Assembly: GCA_948467395.1 (NCBI GenBank)
Contig: CAOKDX010000012.1
Coordinates: forward strand, 10,011-74,010
DNA from: an uncultured Clostridia bacterium
Lineage (GTDB): Bacteria > Bacillota > Clostridia > Lachnospirales > Lachnospiraceae
Reading direction: 5' to 3'
Length of the DNA: 64,000 nucleotides
Part shown: positions 46,526-56,581 of the stretch, in pieces
Numbering within the stretch: the stretch's first letter is position 1
Layout: each line of letters starts with the position of its first letter
The notes under the pieces: model-generated
The model's database searches: none
Told to the model about the DNA's origin: nothing
What the model saw: the letters and a program-made list of their open reading frames with translations, nothing else
Translations under genes and position numbers: made by a program

Positions 46526-48649
46526 CTACTCCAGAAATTTCTCCAGCGGCACCGCCGGGCTGTACAGATACCCCTGATAGAGATGACATTCCAGCTCTTC
46601 CAGCTGTTCCTGCTGTTCCTTTGTCTCCACAAACTCCGCCAGAATATCTATGCTGAATTCCTGCGCCATATTTACCATATTCCGCACGATGCCCTGACTG
46701 CGCTCATTGCTCTCGATATCCTGGATCAGTGAACCGTCCAGCTTGATCATGTCAAATACATTGGACCGCAGATATTTTACCGAAGTATTTCCCATGCCGA
46801 AATCATCTATGGCCAGCCGGTATCCCATCTCTTTGATGCGCGTCAGCCTCGCCACAAATCCCTCGTCAATCTGCAGGCTTGCCTGTTCCGTGATCTCGAT
46901 CATAATATTGCCGGTATGTTCCGGATACTTCTCTGCCATCTCACGCAGAAAGCTTTCATATTCATCCAGCTGGACCGTAACCCCTGTGACATTCACCGAT
47001 ATCTTTACCTTATCATGATATACCGCCTTGATCCGGTCCATCTCCTCCATCACCGTCTGAAGTATCACCATTTCTGCCTTCGTGAGAAGCTCTGTCTCCT
47101 CCAGCAGCTTGATCACCAGGGGCGGATACACCATGCCATAGACCGGATGGTTCCATCGAAGGAGTGCCTCGGCGCCGATACACTGATTCTCGTTGTTGTA
47201 CTGGGGCTGGAAATACATGCATGGCCTGCCGCTCTTTACCTCCCCTTCCAGATCGTCGCAGAGCATCTTGGCAACCACGCCGGCGTCCCCGTCCTGCTCC
47301 AGCAGCTTCACCGGTATTCTCGTGTCCTCACTCTCCTGAAGCAGCTCTACCAGTTTACCGATCCGGGCGCGGCTGTTTCTTGCGTTTTCCCGGTGCATAA
47401 GCCGCACGAACGGCCGGTAGATCATAACACCCACGCACAGATTCACACCCTGGAGAATGGAGCCGGCAATGGAACCGGTGGCATAATATCCCCCCAGAAA
47501 GATAGGCGTCGTCCACTCCACCTGCTGTATCACCAGCGGAACCAGGCCCAGCTTCATGGCCGCCGTGCTGATGAGCAGATTTACAATGGGTGTCAGAAAA
47601 AAGGGAATCAGCATAATGGGATTGTATACAATGGGAACGCCGAAAAGCAGGAGCTCATTGATATTGAACAGACTGGGTACTGCCGCGAAACGGGCGAGCT
47701 TGCGCATACCTCTCTTCCTCTCGAAAAGCAGGATCGCAGCCAGAAGACACAGCGTGCTGCCGCATCCTCCCATGATCACAAAGATGTCAAGAAATGATTT
47801 GCTGTAAATCTCCGTCGGCACGCCGCCCGCTGCCACTGCAGCGGCATTGAGATCCACTCCGGGGTCCAGTATGCCGCCCCACACAGAGTCCAGAACATTC
47901 CCCCCATGGATTCCGAAGAACCAGAGAAAATGCACCATAAATACATAGAGGAGGGTCGACCCAAAATTCCGGCCCGCCCACTGGAACAGGGAACTCAGTC
48001 CCAGCACATACAGGTCCTGAAAACTCTGGACGCCAAACAAGGCATAGAACACCAGATTCAGCAAAGCCGACGCCACTCCGATAATGAGTATCGGAAGGAT
48101 ATACCGGAGCATATGAAAATACACATCATCTGTCCCTGATGTGTAAATGCGTATGTCAATCCTTATCTTTTTATTCAGCCAGAAGTAGAGCGTATTGGCA
48201 AAAAGTGTACTGATAATAGCCGTAAAGAGTCCGTTTGCCCCCAGCAGATCCATCACATCGGCACCTTCGTTGAAAATACCGCTGAAAATGAAAAATGCGA
48301 GAATCGAGGAAATAATGGTCCCCATATAGTTTCCTGACATCTCCTGTACCTTGCTGGCATAGCAGAATGCCAGGCTCACCACCATATACAGGGACAGGAT
48401 CCCGAAGGTTGCCTGATGTATGTATCCAAAAAATGTGTCCACCGCCCCGTCCGCAAAGCCGTGAAGCCATGTCTGATAGACCGGCACCGGCAGGGAGCGC
48501 AGCACGATCGTGAACGCCCCTACCATGATGACCGGTATGATCATAACCAGGCTCCCCTTAACAGCCTGCAGCAGACGGATACTGTTCAGGCGCTCGTAGA
48601 CACGGTTCAGCGCCTTTTGAAATTTGATCCGTTTCTCTCTCATAGGCAT
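46526..48649 (-). CDS. fusion protein: PTS EIIC (lactose/cellobiose-type) membrane domain plus a cytoplasmic EAL domain
   Basis: The N-terminal ~430 aa are polytopic with a CelB-like start (LLQAVKGSLVMIIPVIMVGAF). The C-terminal part has EAL-domain motifs (GAEALLRW, EITE, AIDDFGMGNTS, LDGSLI, AEFVET, QGYLYS). Confidence 0.8.
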   Translation of the reverse strand: MPMREKRIKFQKALNRVYERLNSIRLLQAVKGSLVMIIPVIMVGAFTIVLRSLPVPVYQTWLHGFADGAVDTFFGYIHQATFGILSLYMVVSLAFCYASKVQEMSGNYMGTIISSILAFFIFSGIFNEGADVMDLLGANGLFTAIISTLFANTLYFWLNKKIRIDIRIYTSGTDDVYFHMLRYILPILIIGVASALLNLVFYALFGVQSFQDLYVLGLSSLFQWAGRNFGSTLLYVFMVHFLWFFGIHGGNVLDSVWGGILDPGVDLNAAAVAAGGVPTEIYSKSFLDIFVIMGGCGSTLCLLAAILLFERKRGMRKLARFAAVPSLFNINELLLFGVPIVYNPIMLIPFFLTPIVNLLISTAAMKLGLVPLVIQQVEWTTPIFLGGYYATGSIAGSILQGVNLCVGVMIYRPFVRLMHRENARNSRARIGKLVELLQESEDTRIPVKLLEQDGDAGVVAKMLCDDLEGEVKSGRPCMYFQPQYNNENQCIGAEALLRWNHPVYGMVYPPLVIKLLEETELLTKAEMVILQTVMEEMDRIKAVYHDKVKISVNVTGVTVQLDEYESFLREMAEKYPEHTGNIMIEITEQASLQIDEGFVARLTRIKEMGYRLAIDDFGMGNTSVKYLRSNVFDMIKLDGSLIQDIESNERSQGIVRNMVNMAQEFSIDILAEFVETKEQQEQLEELECHLYQGYLYSPAVPLEKFLE

Positions 48650-50247
48650 TACAGAGCCATGGAATCGACTGCTGCACGCTCGATGGGAAGTCCTGCCTTA
48701 TATATTTTGATAAATTCATCGAAACCTTTTACACCTGCCGGATCCGGATCCAGGGACGCGCCCTGCTGACCGGCGAACACCTTATCATTGAGATATGCCC
48801 CAAGAGTCTCGCCCTCTTCTTTCTGGATCATATAGGAAGCCAGCACCGCGATCCCCCATGCGCCGCCCTCCCCGGCTGTCTCCATAACAGAGATGGGGGT
48901 GTTCATGGCGTCCGCAAGGATCTGCTGGCCCACGCCCTTTGTCTTGAAAAGCCCGCCGTGTCCCAGAAGCTTATCCACCTTGACGCCTTCCTCCTTCAGA
49001 AGGATATCGTTGCCGATCTTCAGCGCGCCCAGTGCGGTATACAGATTCACGCGCATAAAGTTTGCCAGGCTGAACTTACTGTTGGGGGTGCGGACAAACA
49101 TCGGGCGTCCCTCTTCCATTCCCGTGATATTTTCACCAGATATATAGTTATAGGCCAGAAGGTTTCCGCCGTCGGGATCTCCCTCCATTGCCTTATGATA
49201 CAGCGTTCCAAAAAGTTTGTTCATGTCTACATCGACGCCAAATGCCTCGGCAAATTCTTTGAAAATATTGACCCATGCATTCAGATCCGAGGTGCAGTTA
49301 TTGCAGTGCACCATGGCAACCGGCGCCCCGCTTGGGGTAGTGACAAGATCCAGTTCCGGATACACTTTGGAGAGATCCTTCTCCAGTACCACCATGGAAA
49401 ATACACTGGTTCCGGCAGATACATTGCCCGTTCTCACATCCACGCTGTTGGTCGCCACCATACCGGTTCCGGCATCCCCCTCCGGCGGGCACATGGGCGC
49501 CCCAGCCTGAAGTGTGCCAGAGGGATCAAGAAGCTTTGCTCCCTCCGCCGTCAGCACGCCGGCATCCTCTCCGGCATCCAGTACCTCCGGGAATATGTCA
49601 AGAAGCTTCCAGGGATATCCCTTGTCTGCCACTGCCGCATCAAACTGATCCACCATCTTCTGGTTGAATTTGCCTGTAGTGCTGTCGATGGGGAACATAC
49701 CGGATGCCTCGCCCACGCCCAGCACTTTTTTCCCACTGAGTTTCCAGTGTATGTACCCTGCCAGTGTGGTCTGGAATTTGATATCCTTAACATGCCCTTC
49801 CCCGTTCAGGACTGCCTGATACAGATGGGCGATGCTCCAGCGCTGCGGGATGTTGAACTGGAAGAGCTCTGTCAGCTTTTCTGATGCCTCTTCTGTTATG
49901 GCATTTCGCCAGGTGCGGAAGGGAACGAGAATTTCGCCATCCTCACCAAAGGGCATATAGCCGTGCATCATGGCGCTGAAACCAATGGCCCCCAGATTTG
50001 CCACCTGTACGCCATACTGTTTCTGTACATCCTCCGTCATCTCTCTGTAGGCATCCTGCAGGCCGTCCCAGATCATATCGATCCCATACGTCCAGATGCC
50101 GTCTACCAGCTGGTTCTCCCACTCATGGCTGCCGGATGCGATAGGCTTATTCTCATCGTCCACCAGAACCGCCTTAATACGGGTTGAACCAAACTCAATC
50201 CCCAGTACCGCTTTACCGCTCTCAATTACACTTTTTGCCTCACTCAT
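48649..50247 (-). CDS. FGGY-family carbohydrate kinase (xylulokinase/ribulokinase-like)
   Basis: 532 aa. FGGY N-terminal pattern ([17 protein letters not shown]) and a C-terminal GGLFKT-type motif. The stop overlaps the EIIC-EAL start as TAATG. Confidence 0.8.
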   Translation of the reverse strand: MSEAKSVIESGKAVLGIEFGSTRIKAVLVDDENKPIASGSHEWENQLVDGIWTYGIDMIWDGLQDAYREMTEDVQKQYGVQVANLGAIGFSAMMHGYMPFGEDGEILVPFRTWRNAITEEASEKLTELFQFNIPQRWSIAHLYQAVLNGEGHVKDIKFQTTLAGYIHWKLSGKKVLGVGEASGMFPIDSTTGKFNQKMVDQFDAAVADKGYPWKLLDIFPEVLDAGEDAGVLTAEGAKLLDPSGTLQAGAPMCPPEGDAGTGMVATNSVDVRTGNVSAGTSVFSMVVLEKDLSKVYPELDLVTTPSGAPVAMVHCNNCTSDLNAWVNIFKEFAEAFGVDVDMNKLFGTLYHKAMEGDPDGGNLLAYNYISGENITGMEEGRPMFVRTPNSKFSLANFMRVNLYTALGALKIGNDILLKEEGVKVDKLLGHGGLFKTKGVGQQILADAMNTPISVMETAGEGGAWGIAVLASYMIQKEEGETLGAYLNDKVFAGQQGASLDPDPAGVKGFDEFIKIYKAGLPIERAAVDSMAL

Positions 50248-50276
50248 TGTATTTACCTCCTAAAATATAAAATATA

Positions 50277-51275
50277 TTAAAAATTATGTCTTGCATATCT
50301 CCAGGAATCCTGACACATTCTGGCCAGGTCGTATTCTGCCTCCCAGCCAAGTTCCTCCTTCGCCTTCCCCGGATCGGCATAGCTGGCGGCAATGTCCCCT
50401 GCTCTCCGGGGCTTGACGGAATAGGGGATCGTAAGGCCGCTGGCCTCTTCAAATGCCCTGACGAGCTCCAGTACGCTGTAACCGTTCCCGGTTCCCAGAT
50501 TATATATATGGACGCCGGCGGATGATACCGCCTTCTCTATGGCATTGACATGCCCCCTTGCCAGATCCACCACATGGATATAATCCCTGACCCCGGTTCC
50601 GTCCGGCGTGTCATAGTCGTCGCCGAATACGCCCAGCTCCGGCAGCTTCCCCAAAGCCACCTGCATGATATACGGCATCAAGTTATTGGGAATGCCATTG
50701 GGGCTCTCACCGAGAAGACCACTCTCATGGGCGCCGATGGGATTGAAGTAGCGGAGCAGTACCACGCTCCATTCCCGGTCCGGCACACACAGATCTGAGA
50801 GGATGCGTTCCTGCATCAGCTTCGTGCTGCCATAAGGATTCGTAGTGCCCAGCGGGAAATCCTCCCGGATTGGTACGGTCTCAGGCGAACCATAAACCGT
50901 CGCCGAGGAACTGAAAATAATCCTCCTGCATTGGTACTCGTTCATCAGTTCACACAGATTCAGCGTTCCCGTTATATTATTCTGATAATAGAGAAGCGGT
51001 CTTTCCACCGACTCCCCCACCGCCTTCAGCCCGGCAAAATGAATAACGGCATCCAATGTATGTTCCTCAAACACCGGGCGCATACTCTCCTTGTCCCGCA
51101 TATCTGCCTTGTAAAAGATCACTTCCTTACCCGTGATCTCCCTGATCTTATCCAGTACATCCCGTTTTGAGTTGTACAGGTTGTCGAAGACAACCACTTC
51201 ATGCCCCTTCTGCAGCAATTCCACACACGCATGGGAACCGATATAGCCGGTTCCGCCTGTCACCAGAATCTTCAT
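50277..51275 (-). CDS. galE: UDP-glucose 4-epimerase
   Basis: Rossmann GGTGYIGSH, catalytic YGSTK, 332 aa. Confidence 0.9.
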   Translation of the reverse strand: MKILVTGGTGYIGSHACVELLQKGHEVVVFDNLYNSKRDVLDKIREITGKEVIFYKADMRDKESMRPVFEEHTLDAVIHFAGLKAVGESVERPLLYYQNNITGTLNLCELMNEYQCRRIIFSSSATVYGSPETVPIREDFPLGTTNPYGSTKLMQERILSDLCVPDREWSVVLLRYFNPIGAHESGLLGESPNGIPNNLMPYIMQVALGKLPELGVFGDDYDTPDGTGVRDYIHVVDLARGHVNAIEKAVSSAGVHIYNLGTGNGYSVLELVRAFEEASGLTIPYSVKPRRAGDIAASYADPGKAKEELGWEAEYDLARMCQDSWRYARHNF

Positions 51276-51296
51276 CCCTGTCCACACTCCCTTCGG

Positions 51297-51848
51297 TCAG
51301 GCGCCCTCTTTCCGAAACCTGTCATATCTGCGCTTTGTATAGAAAATCTGAATGATAAAGCTCAGTCCCACGACAATCTCCACGATCACACAGAACTGGA
51401 TGATCATGCCGCCAAAGGTCAGCATCACGATACTCAGCGCTTTCACAAGAACCATAATGCTCATGGCCTTCAGAAGGGCTCTGGCCTTCAGCTCCGCATC
51501 CTCTCTCTTCTGTATCTCCGCTATGCCAAAAATTATTCCCTGCCAGCAGCTGAAGATCAGGAAAACCTGTGCGGTTCCCCAGAGGATCATAATCTCCAGC
51601 CCCCCCATGGCCCAGCCCGTGAATATCCTCACATAATCCACCGCACACATAAGCGCCAGCAGAGCCGCAAACCATTTACTTTTCCGGAAATGACCGGAGA
51701 GATACTCCACCTGATTCTCCATGGATGCCATTCCCAGGAGGATCAGTATATACCCCAGCGTGTCCGGCAGGACACCGATGGCACCGGCTCCAAAGGGAAC
51801 ATTAAAATTCAGGACAGCGAAAACTGCCCCAATTAGAATCAGTGTCAT
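51297..51848 (-). CDS. hypothetical polytopic membrane protein
   Basis: 183 aa, about 5-6 TM helices, no recognisable motif. 4-nt overlap with the yajC stop. Confidence 0.5.
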   Translation of the reverse strand: MTLILIGAVFAVLNFNVPFGAGAIGVLPDTLGYILILLGMASMENQVEYLSGHFRKSKWFAALLALMCAVDYVRIFTGWAMGGLEIMILWGTAQVFLIFSCWQGIIFGIAEIQKREDAELKARALLKAMSIMVLVKALSIVMLTFGGMIIQFCVIVEIVVGLSFIIQIFYTKRRYDRFRKEGA

Positions 51849-52117
51849 TCTGCTTTCTCCACCTCGACGATGGCCCCTTTCTGCATCGGGATACGGCAGT
51901 TCTTATTGCTGCCGAATTCAACGATCACTACATCATCTGTCATATCAATAACAACACCATAAAAGCCGCTGGTGGTAAGAATACTGTCTCCCACTGCCAC
52001 AGAAGCTACCAGTGACTGATGTTCCTTCTCCTTCTTCTTCTGGGGACGAATGGCAATAAAATAGAACGCCCCTATAATTACGACATACAATAAGATAATA
52101 CTTATACCTGAACCCAT
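51845..52117 (-). CDS. yajC: preprotein translocase subunit YajC
   Basis: 90 aa: one TM helix, then IRPQKKKEKEH...GDSILTTSGFYGVV, the typical YajC pattern. Conserved tgt-yajC synteny. Confidence 0.85.
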   Translation of the reverse strand: MGSGISIILLYVVIIGAFYFIAIRPQKKKEKEHQSLVASVAVGDSILTTSGFYGVVIDMTDDVVIVEFGSNKNCRIPMQKGAIVEVEKAE

Positions 52118-52138
52118 TTTTTTCCTCCTAATATTAAG

Positions 52139-53275
52139 TTATAGGTTTTCACCGGAGGACATGCGCTCCAGCTTTTCCTTTTTATATCCGGCGAATCTGC
52201 CCTGTTCGATGGCTTCCCGGATTTCTTCCATCATTGTATTATAAAAATACAAATTATGCAAGACTAATAATCGCAGTCCCAGCATTTCCTTAGCCTTGAG
52301 AAGATGGCGGATATAGGCCCTGCTATAGTGGCGGCAGGCCGGGCACTGACATCCCTCCTCCAGCGGCCGGTCGTCCAGCTCGTACCGGGCGTTCTGCAGA
52401 TTCATCTTTCCAAAATTGGTATAGGCATGACCATGCCTCCCATTCCGCGCCGGATAGACACAGTCAAAGAAGTCTACGCCCCGCTCTACCCCCTCCAGGA
52501 TATTCTGCGGCGTTCCCACCCCCATAAGATACACCGGCTTGTCGACCGGAAGCTCCGGCACCGTCACATCAAGGATCCGGTACATCTCCTCATGGCTCTC
52601 TCCTACAGCGAGACCGCCCAGCGCATAGCCGGCCAGATCCAGTTCCCGGATCCGTTTCGCGTGCTCTATACGGATATCTTCAAATGTACCTCCCTGATTG
52701 ATGCCAAAGAGCATCTGTTTCTGGTTAATGGTATCCGGCAGACTATTCAGCCGCTCCAGCTCCCTCTTACAGCGCTCCAGCCATCTGGTAGTGCGGTCTA
52801 CGGAATTCTGCATATATTCCCTGGCGGCAGGGTGCGGCGGGCACTCGTCAAATGCCATCGCTATCGTAGAGGCGAGGTTGGACTGGATCTGCATACTCTC
52901 TTCTGGTCCCATAAAAATCTTATGGCCGTCTATGTGGGAGCGGAACGTCACTCCCTCCTCCTTTATCTTGCGCAGTCCGGCCAGCGAAAACACCTGGAAT
53001 CCACCGGAATCCGTCAGGATCGGACGGTCCCAGTTCATAAATTGGTGCAGACCGCCAAGCTGTCTCACTGCCTTATCCCCCGGACGCACATGAAGATGGT
53101 AGGTATTAGACAATTCTACCTGTGTGTGTATTTCCCTTAAATCTACAGTAGAGACAGCACCCTTAATCGCGGCTGCTGTCCCTACATTCATAAATACCGG
53201 CGTCTCAATAACGCCATGTGGTGTATGAAGTCTTCCCCTCTTTGCCCGTCCGTCCCGGGCCATCAGTTCGTACAT
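52139..53275 (-). CDS. tgt: tRNA-guanine transglycosylase (queuine tRNA-ribosyltransferase)
   Basis: TDSGGFQV active-site motif and the zinc site CQCPACRHYSRAYIRH. Confidence 0.95.
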   Translation of the reverse strand: MYELMARDGRAKRGRLHTPHGVIETPVFMNVGTAAAIKGAVSTVDLREIHTQVELSNTYHLHVRPGDKAVRQLGGLHQFMNWDRPILTDSGGFQVFSLAGLRKIKEEGVTFRSHIDGHKIFMGPEESMQIQSNLASTIAMAFDECPPHPAAREYMQNSVDRTTRWLERCKRELERLNSLPDTINQKQMLFGINQGGTFEDIRIEHAKRIRELDLAGYALGGLAVGESHEEMYRILDVTVPELPVDKPVYLMGVGTPQNILEGVERGVDFFDCVYPARNGRHGHAYTNFGKMNLQNARYELDDRPLEEGCQCPACRHYSRAYIRHLLKAKEMLGLRLLVLHNLYFYNTMMEEIREAIEQGRFAGYKKEKLERMSSGENL

Positions 53276-53435
53276 GCTCTTTCTCCATTCTGTCCTGTCA
53301 GACGGCGGTGATTCCAGTCTGCCGTCAGGATATTCTTATAATTTGCCAGCATCGTAATATCATTATAGTACAAAATGGCGGGAAGGGATAGACCTTTTTT
53401 TATTCTGACTAAAATTGCTCAGGCTGTACTCTTTC

Positions 53436-55394
53436 TCAACTTATCTTTTTGGTCTTAAACGCCGTGATCCGGTCCACCGGCGCCTCGCATTCAGCGAAAG
53501 CCGGGGATTCATATATGATGTACGTGTATGACCCGCTGATGGCGATGCCTTCGTTCATAGGCGGCAGTGGAACGGATTTTTTCCGTTTATTCTTCTTTAT
53601 GCTCTTCTTCCCCATATTCCATGTAGGTTTATAGGTATCAAGACATGACAGAAAGCCGGATCTGCCCTTCTTTGTCTGGCAGGAGCGGGAAACCAGCATT
53701 TTGCCGCCGGAAGTAAACGCCACCCCCTGCGTGCGGTTCGGCATCAGCATACGGTTCGTCATTTTCAGTGTGGGCGCACCCGTCTTATTTTGTATGGTGT
53801 ATCCATACATATATTTCTTCAGCTTTTCATTGTATGCCCCCGCCCAGAGCTTTCCCTTATAATAAGCCAGATAGGAAACCGTATCCGAGAGCTGGCAGGT
53901 ATTCAGCAGGGAGAATGTCTCAACATAGGGCTTTCCGCTTACCGCCGCACTGGTAATAAGGCTATAGCGGAAGCTCTGTACCTTTTTGCCGTAGGTGATC
54001 CAGATATTGGTCCCATCAAAGGTAATCCCCCCCAAATGCCCCGTGTGGGGTAGCACTAACGTCGTAATATATTTTCGGGTATTCTTATTCAGTATGTAAA
54101 TGACGGATTCCTGCGTCTTAGTATAATCATAGGCGGACATCAGCAGATAATTTCCCGCAAAGGTAATGCTCTGGGGAACCATCCTTGCTGCGTTAAAGCC
54201 CGCCACGTTGGTATTCCGCATACCCGGCAGCACGAAGCTTTTTCCGTATACCACCTGTTTCCTGAAATCCTTATATTTCTTATAGGCGGCAGATTTCTTA
54301 AACTTTGCCTTCGTTGTATATTTCTTCGCCTTTGTGCTTGTGGCGGAGGCTTTCTTTGTGGTCGCCGAGAGAACCTCGGACTCCGATTCCATCTCGATTC
54401 CGGAAACCACACGTACAGCTGCCACTTTTACATAATATTTCTTATTCTGCAGCAACCCGTCCACCGCCCGGATCATATATTCGTCCGTGCCTGCCACAGC
54501 TCCCAGCACATAGCCGGATGAGGCGTCAGTCGACACATAGATGCGGAATAACTGGGCCCCAGTCCCTTTTGACCAGTACACCTTTACCCGTCTGTCCCCG
54601 CCTTTCACCTTTTTGAGCTTGGGCAGTGCCGGGGCTGTTCCATACATCACCTCATCGGACACTGCGCCCAGATTTTCGATATCCGCTGCATAGGCATACA
54701 CAATAAAATAATATTCCTTCGCCGCGTTTAGTCCCGTGATCTGCAGGGAGGTATCGCCGGTCATGCCCGCCTGAATGTATTTCGTGCTCGTGGAAGGACG
54801 GTAATACACGATATATCCAGTGGCTCCCGCTGTCTCATTCCACTGAAGCGTGATCTTTGTCTTTACATTTTGTGTGGAATGGATACCAGTTACCTTGTCC
54901 GGTACCGGCGCTATGGCCAGGAGCTCCGAATCGATTCCTGTCTGCTCCTCTGACATGGCCCGTATCTTTACATATAACAGCCTGCCCCGTTTCATATCCT
55001 TCACCGTATATGTAGTCTTATCTGTCTCTGCCATCAATGTATACACGCCATCGAAGGTTTCCGACACATAGACCTCATAATATTCCGCCTTCGGCACGGC
55101 ATTCCACAATACCTCCATGGAGCTGGCCGTCCCCTTCCCCATACGGAGCCCTGTTACCTGGGGCAGCTTCTCCGGTTCCGGTGTCGGAGACGGCTTCTGG
55201 GTCGGCGTGGTGGAAGGCGACGCCGATGGCGATGCCGACGGTGATGCCGACGGTGAAGGGGATGGCGTCTCTTCGGCCGGAACGGTAGGCGCAGGGGATA
55301 TCTCCGTTGCTGATGCGGCGGCCGGAGTTCCCATCCACAGCACTGCTCCCAGCATTATGATCATAAGTGTTTTTATCCTGTGCATTTGTATCAC
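53436..55394 (-). CDS. secreted protein: signal peptide, (SPSA)n linker, three FN3-like repeats and an uncharacterised ~300-aa C-terminal domain
   Basis: Signal MIIMLGAVLWMGTPAAASA. The linker is encoded by a 12-bp periodic repeat near 55214-55262. FN3-like units are present (LWNAVPKAEYYEVYVS, LQWNETAGATGYIVYYR, VYWSKGTGAQLFRIYVS). Confidence 0.6.
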   Translation of the reverse strand: MIQMHRIKTLMIIMLGAVLWMGTPAAASATEISPAPTVPAEETPSPSPSASPSASPSASPSTTPTQKPSPTPEPEKLPQVTGLRMGKGTASSMEVLWNAVPKAEYYEVYVSETFDGVYTLMAETDKTTYTVKDMKRGRLLYVKIRAMSEEQTGIDSELLAIAPVPDKVTGIHSTQNVKTKITLQWNETAGATGYIVYYRPSTSTKYIQAGMTGDTSLQITGLNAAKEYYFIVYAYAADIENLGAVSDEVMYGTAPALPKLKKVKGGDRRVKVYWSKGTGAQLFRIYVSTDASSGYVLGAVAGTDEYMIRAVDGLLQNKKYYVKVAAVRVVSGIEMESESEVLSATTKKASATSTKAKKYTTKAKFKKSAAYKKYKDFRKQVVYGKSFVLPGMRNTNVAGFNAARMVPQSITFAGNYLLMSAYDYTKTQESVIYILNKNTRKYITTLVLPHTGHLGGITFDGTNIWITYGKKVQSFRYSLITSAAVSGKPYVETFSLLNTCQLSDTVSYLAYYKGKLWAGAYNEKLKKYMYGYTIQNKTGAPTLKMTNRMLMPNRTQGVAFTSGGKMLVSRSCQTKKGRSGFLSCLDTYKPTWNMGKKSIKKNKRKKSVPLPPMNEGIAISGSYTYIIYESPAFAECEAPVDRITAFKTKKIS

Positions 55395-55539
55395 CTCAAT
55401 TATAATTTTCTTGACAGGAATTTACTTTAAAGGATTTTTTTGTCATAACATTGGCACGCATGGCAATATATGTTATGATACATGCTGAATGAATGTAATT
55501 GCAATATACGCAAAAAGAAACGCAGAAATGAGGAAAAAG

Positions 55540-55992
55540 ATGAGCGAAAACGAAAACATAAATATTGTGACAATGCGCCCGGAGGATCTGCCCCAGATCC
55601 AGACACTGTACCGGGAGCTTCTGCAGGAGGAATGTCCCCTCTCCACCATGCAGAAAAACTATAGGCAGGCTCTGGAACAACCCGGTTATTTTCCTCTTGC
55701 TGCAAAGAGGGAAAGCCTTGTCCTTGGCACCGCCGTGGGTTTTATCTGCACCGCCCCGGACTCCCCTTTTCTGGTGGTAGAAAATGTGGTGGTCCGGGAG
55801 GACTGCCGGGGCATGGGAGTGGGACGAAAATTGCTGAAGCGTCTGGATGACCTGGCCGTGGAACAAAGGTGCAGCTATTCTATTCTGGTTTCCTCCGGTT
55901 TCCGGAAAGATGCCCACCGCTTTTATGAATCCGCCGGATATACGGATGACGTGCGGGGATTTCGGAAATATTACAGGGAAATAAACTGGTAA
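55540..55992 (+). CDS. GNAT-family N-acetyltransferase
   Basis: Acetyl-CoA motif VVREDCRGMGVGRKLL. Start at ATG 55540 (GAGGA RBS); 55528 is an alternative. Confidence 0.75.
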   Translation: MSENENINIVTMRPEDLPQIQTLYRELLQEECPLSTMQKNYRQALEQPGYFPLAAKRESLVLGTAVGFICTAPDSPFLVVENVVVREDCRGMGVGRKLLKRLDDLAVEQRCSYSILVSSGFRKDAHRFYESAGYTDDVRGFRKYYREINW

Positions 55993-56006
55993 ACTCTTAA
56001 TTTCTC

Positions 56007-56035
56007 TTGACAAATCACCAAAAAAAATGTATTAT
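56007..56035 (+). promoter_or_regulatory. sigma-A-type promoter for tRNA-Trp
   Basis: TTGACA (56007-56012), 17-nt spacer, TATTAT (56030-56035), about 30 nt upstream of the tRNA. Confidence 0.55.
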
Positions 56036-56066
56036 GTTCAAGTGAGTGTTGCTTGCAGCACGATTC

Positions 56067-56137
56067 AGGGGCATAGTTCATCGGTAGAATGAGAGTCTCC
56101 AAAACTCCAGAGCTGGGTTCAACTCCTAGTGCCCCTG
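56067..56137 (+). tRNA. trnW: tRNA-Trp (anticodon CCA), no encoded 3' CCA
   Basis: Hand-folded. The 7-bp acceptor stem is aggggca / tgcccct and the D arm is gttc / gaat with a GG loop. The anticodon loop is CTCCAAA and the T arm is ctggg-ttcaact-cctag. The discriminator is G. Confidence 0.8.
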
Positions 56138-56150
56138 TTGCCTTTTAAAA

Positions 56151-56196
56151 AATACCGCCCACTAATTGTCTTAATTAGGGGGCGGTATTTTTTTTA
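56151..56196 (+). terminator. rho-independent terminator after tRNA-Trp
   Basis: aataccgccc (56151-56160) pairs with gggcggtatt (56179-56188), followed by a run of T. Confidence 0.8.
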
Positions 56197-56221
56197 TCAT
56201 TTTTCGATTGGGGGAATATGC

Positions 56222-56581
56222 ATGAGTCTGAATTATCTTTCATTCGAACGCCCCAGCGGCTTGATGTTCGGATTTCTTGTCGCAGCTGATGTTCAGCCTG
56301 ATTCATATGATATTTACAAAATTCCCGCTGCAACATTTTTGCGAATAAAAATGTGTGGCGAAACCGCAAGAGCGCCCGGACACGAACCGTGGGCAGGGGG
56401 CATTCCGCCATATCATTGGATCGGGGAGCAGATTGCCCCTAAACTCGGCTATACTTATGGCAATGACACACTACCAATCATTGAATATTATGGTTTTCTC
56501 AGACCGGAAGATGGTACTCACGAGCATTGCTACCTGTATGTTCCAGTGCAGGAAAACAATACTATGGCAAAATACATTTGA
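56222..56581 (+). CDS. small protein resembling a GyrI-like / effector-binding domain
   Basis: 119 aa from ATG 56222. The pattern YDIYKIPAATFLRIKMCG...PIIEYY resembles GyrI-like small-molecule-binding domains but is shorter than typical full domains. Confidence 0.35.
   Translation: MSLNYLSFERPSGLMFGFLVAADVQPDSYDIYKIPAATFLRIKMCGETARAPGHEPWAGGIPPYHWIGEQIAPKLGYTYGNDTLPIIEYYGFLRPEDGTHEHCYLYVPVQENNTMAKYI

Noticed and set aside
53276-53435. Imperfect hairpin and promoter-like hexamers between the FN3 gene and tgt; considered as a possible riboswitch or leader.
   Set aside because: I could recognise no conserved riboswitch core (for example preQ1). The stem has a bulge and there is no clear U-tract.
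55214-55262. 12-bp periodic DNA repeat (ggcgatgccgac-like) that could be mistaken for a repeat array.
   Set aside because: It lies in-frame inside the FN3 protein gene and encodes the SPSASPSASPSA linker. There are no spacers and no CRISPR-like architecture.
55396-56013. 205-aa minus-strand ORF overlapping the GNAT gene.
   Set aside because: The plus-strand GNAT ORF has a clear acetyl-CoA-binding motif and an RBS. The minus-strand translation has no recognisable features and would run through the FN3 gene's upstream region.
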